NCBI GenBank assembly: GCA_964035545.1
Contig: CAXIUT010000230.1
Location: forward strand, 868,001 to 932,000
DNA length: 64,000 bases
Source of the DNA: Bugula neritina
Lineage: Eukaryota > Animalia > Bryozoa
Direction: 5' to 3'
Shown here: positions 63,881 to 64,000 of the stretch, in pieces
Layout: every line of letters starts with the position of its first letter
Numbering within the stretch: the stretch's first letter is position 1
Notes under the pieces: model-generated
The model's database searches: none
What the model was told of the DNA's origin: nothing
The model's input: only the letters and a program-made list of their open reading frames with translations
Position numbers and translations under genes: made by a program

Positions 63881-64000
63881 TGTAACATACTGCAACATAC
63901 TAAATTACACTGCAACACATTAAAATATACTGCAACATACTGAAACATACTGCAACATACTGAAATATTTTGCGACGCAATAAAATATACTGCAACATAT

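Larger units (their letters stand above)
1..64000 (+). repeat. Complex satellite DNA array with a 10-bp monomer (GCAACATACT / GAAATAYACT), continuing past both window edges
   Basis: Every line shows 10-bp periodicity, e.g. 1-50 gcaacatact gaaacatact gcaacatact gaaatacact gcaacacact. No unique sequence or inversion seen. The + strand is A-rich and G-poor (about one G per monomer). Confidence 0.99.

Noticed and set aside
94-63948. Hundreds of minus-strand Cys/Val/Tyr-rich ORFs up to 348 aa (CCSMLQYVAV repeats)
   Set aside because: Artefact of the repeat. The consensus rarely has TTA/CTA/TCA on the + strand, so the minus strand lacks stops, and a 10-bp period gives the same 10-aa cycle in all three overlapping frames. 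Copies gain stops and frameshifts freely.
1-64000. CENP-B box or telomeric repeats
   Set aside because: No TTCG....A..CGGG motif and no G-rich TTAGGG/TTAGG-type repeat seen on either strand by eye.
1-64000. Transposon, tRNA/rRNA or inverted segment inside the array
   Set aside because: No stretch departs from the decamer register or reverses orientation; no terminal repeats, target-site duplications or RNA-gene motifs were seen.
1-64000. Entire array being a sequencing, assembly or synthetic artefact
   Set aside because: Hierarchically shared variants and copy-specific substitutions look like genuine evolution. The near-identical 2812-bp and 2763-bp duplications still need read-level confirmation.

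Overview
The whole 64 kb window is one uninterrupted, single-orientation complex satellite (tandem repeat) array, most likely eukaryotic heterochromatin. The taxon cannot be assigned from sequence alone. I found no credible protein-coding gene, RNA gene, transposon or CRISPR array; all tracked ORFs are explained by the repeat. The array is hierarchical. A 10-bp monomer in two main flavours (GCAACATACT and GAAATAYACT, probably from a 5-bp ancestor) builds a ~258/259-bp intermediate unit marked by a 9-bp (G/T)CAAGTGGT monomer, plus a few other 100-450 bp modules. These form variable higher-order repeats (410, 467, 540, 1446, 2553/2763, 2623, 2812, 3051, 3223, 3499, 4387 bp). Diagnostic variants form nested layers: outer 1-7 kb and 53-56.6 kb, middle 8-17 kb and 36-47 kb, inner 18-34 kb. 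This suggests expansion from the inside, with microhomology-mediated duplications that almost always keep the 10-bp register. All coordinates, periods and counts were read by eye from the sequence and from offsets in the ORF track, so boundaries are approximate.
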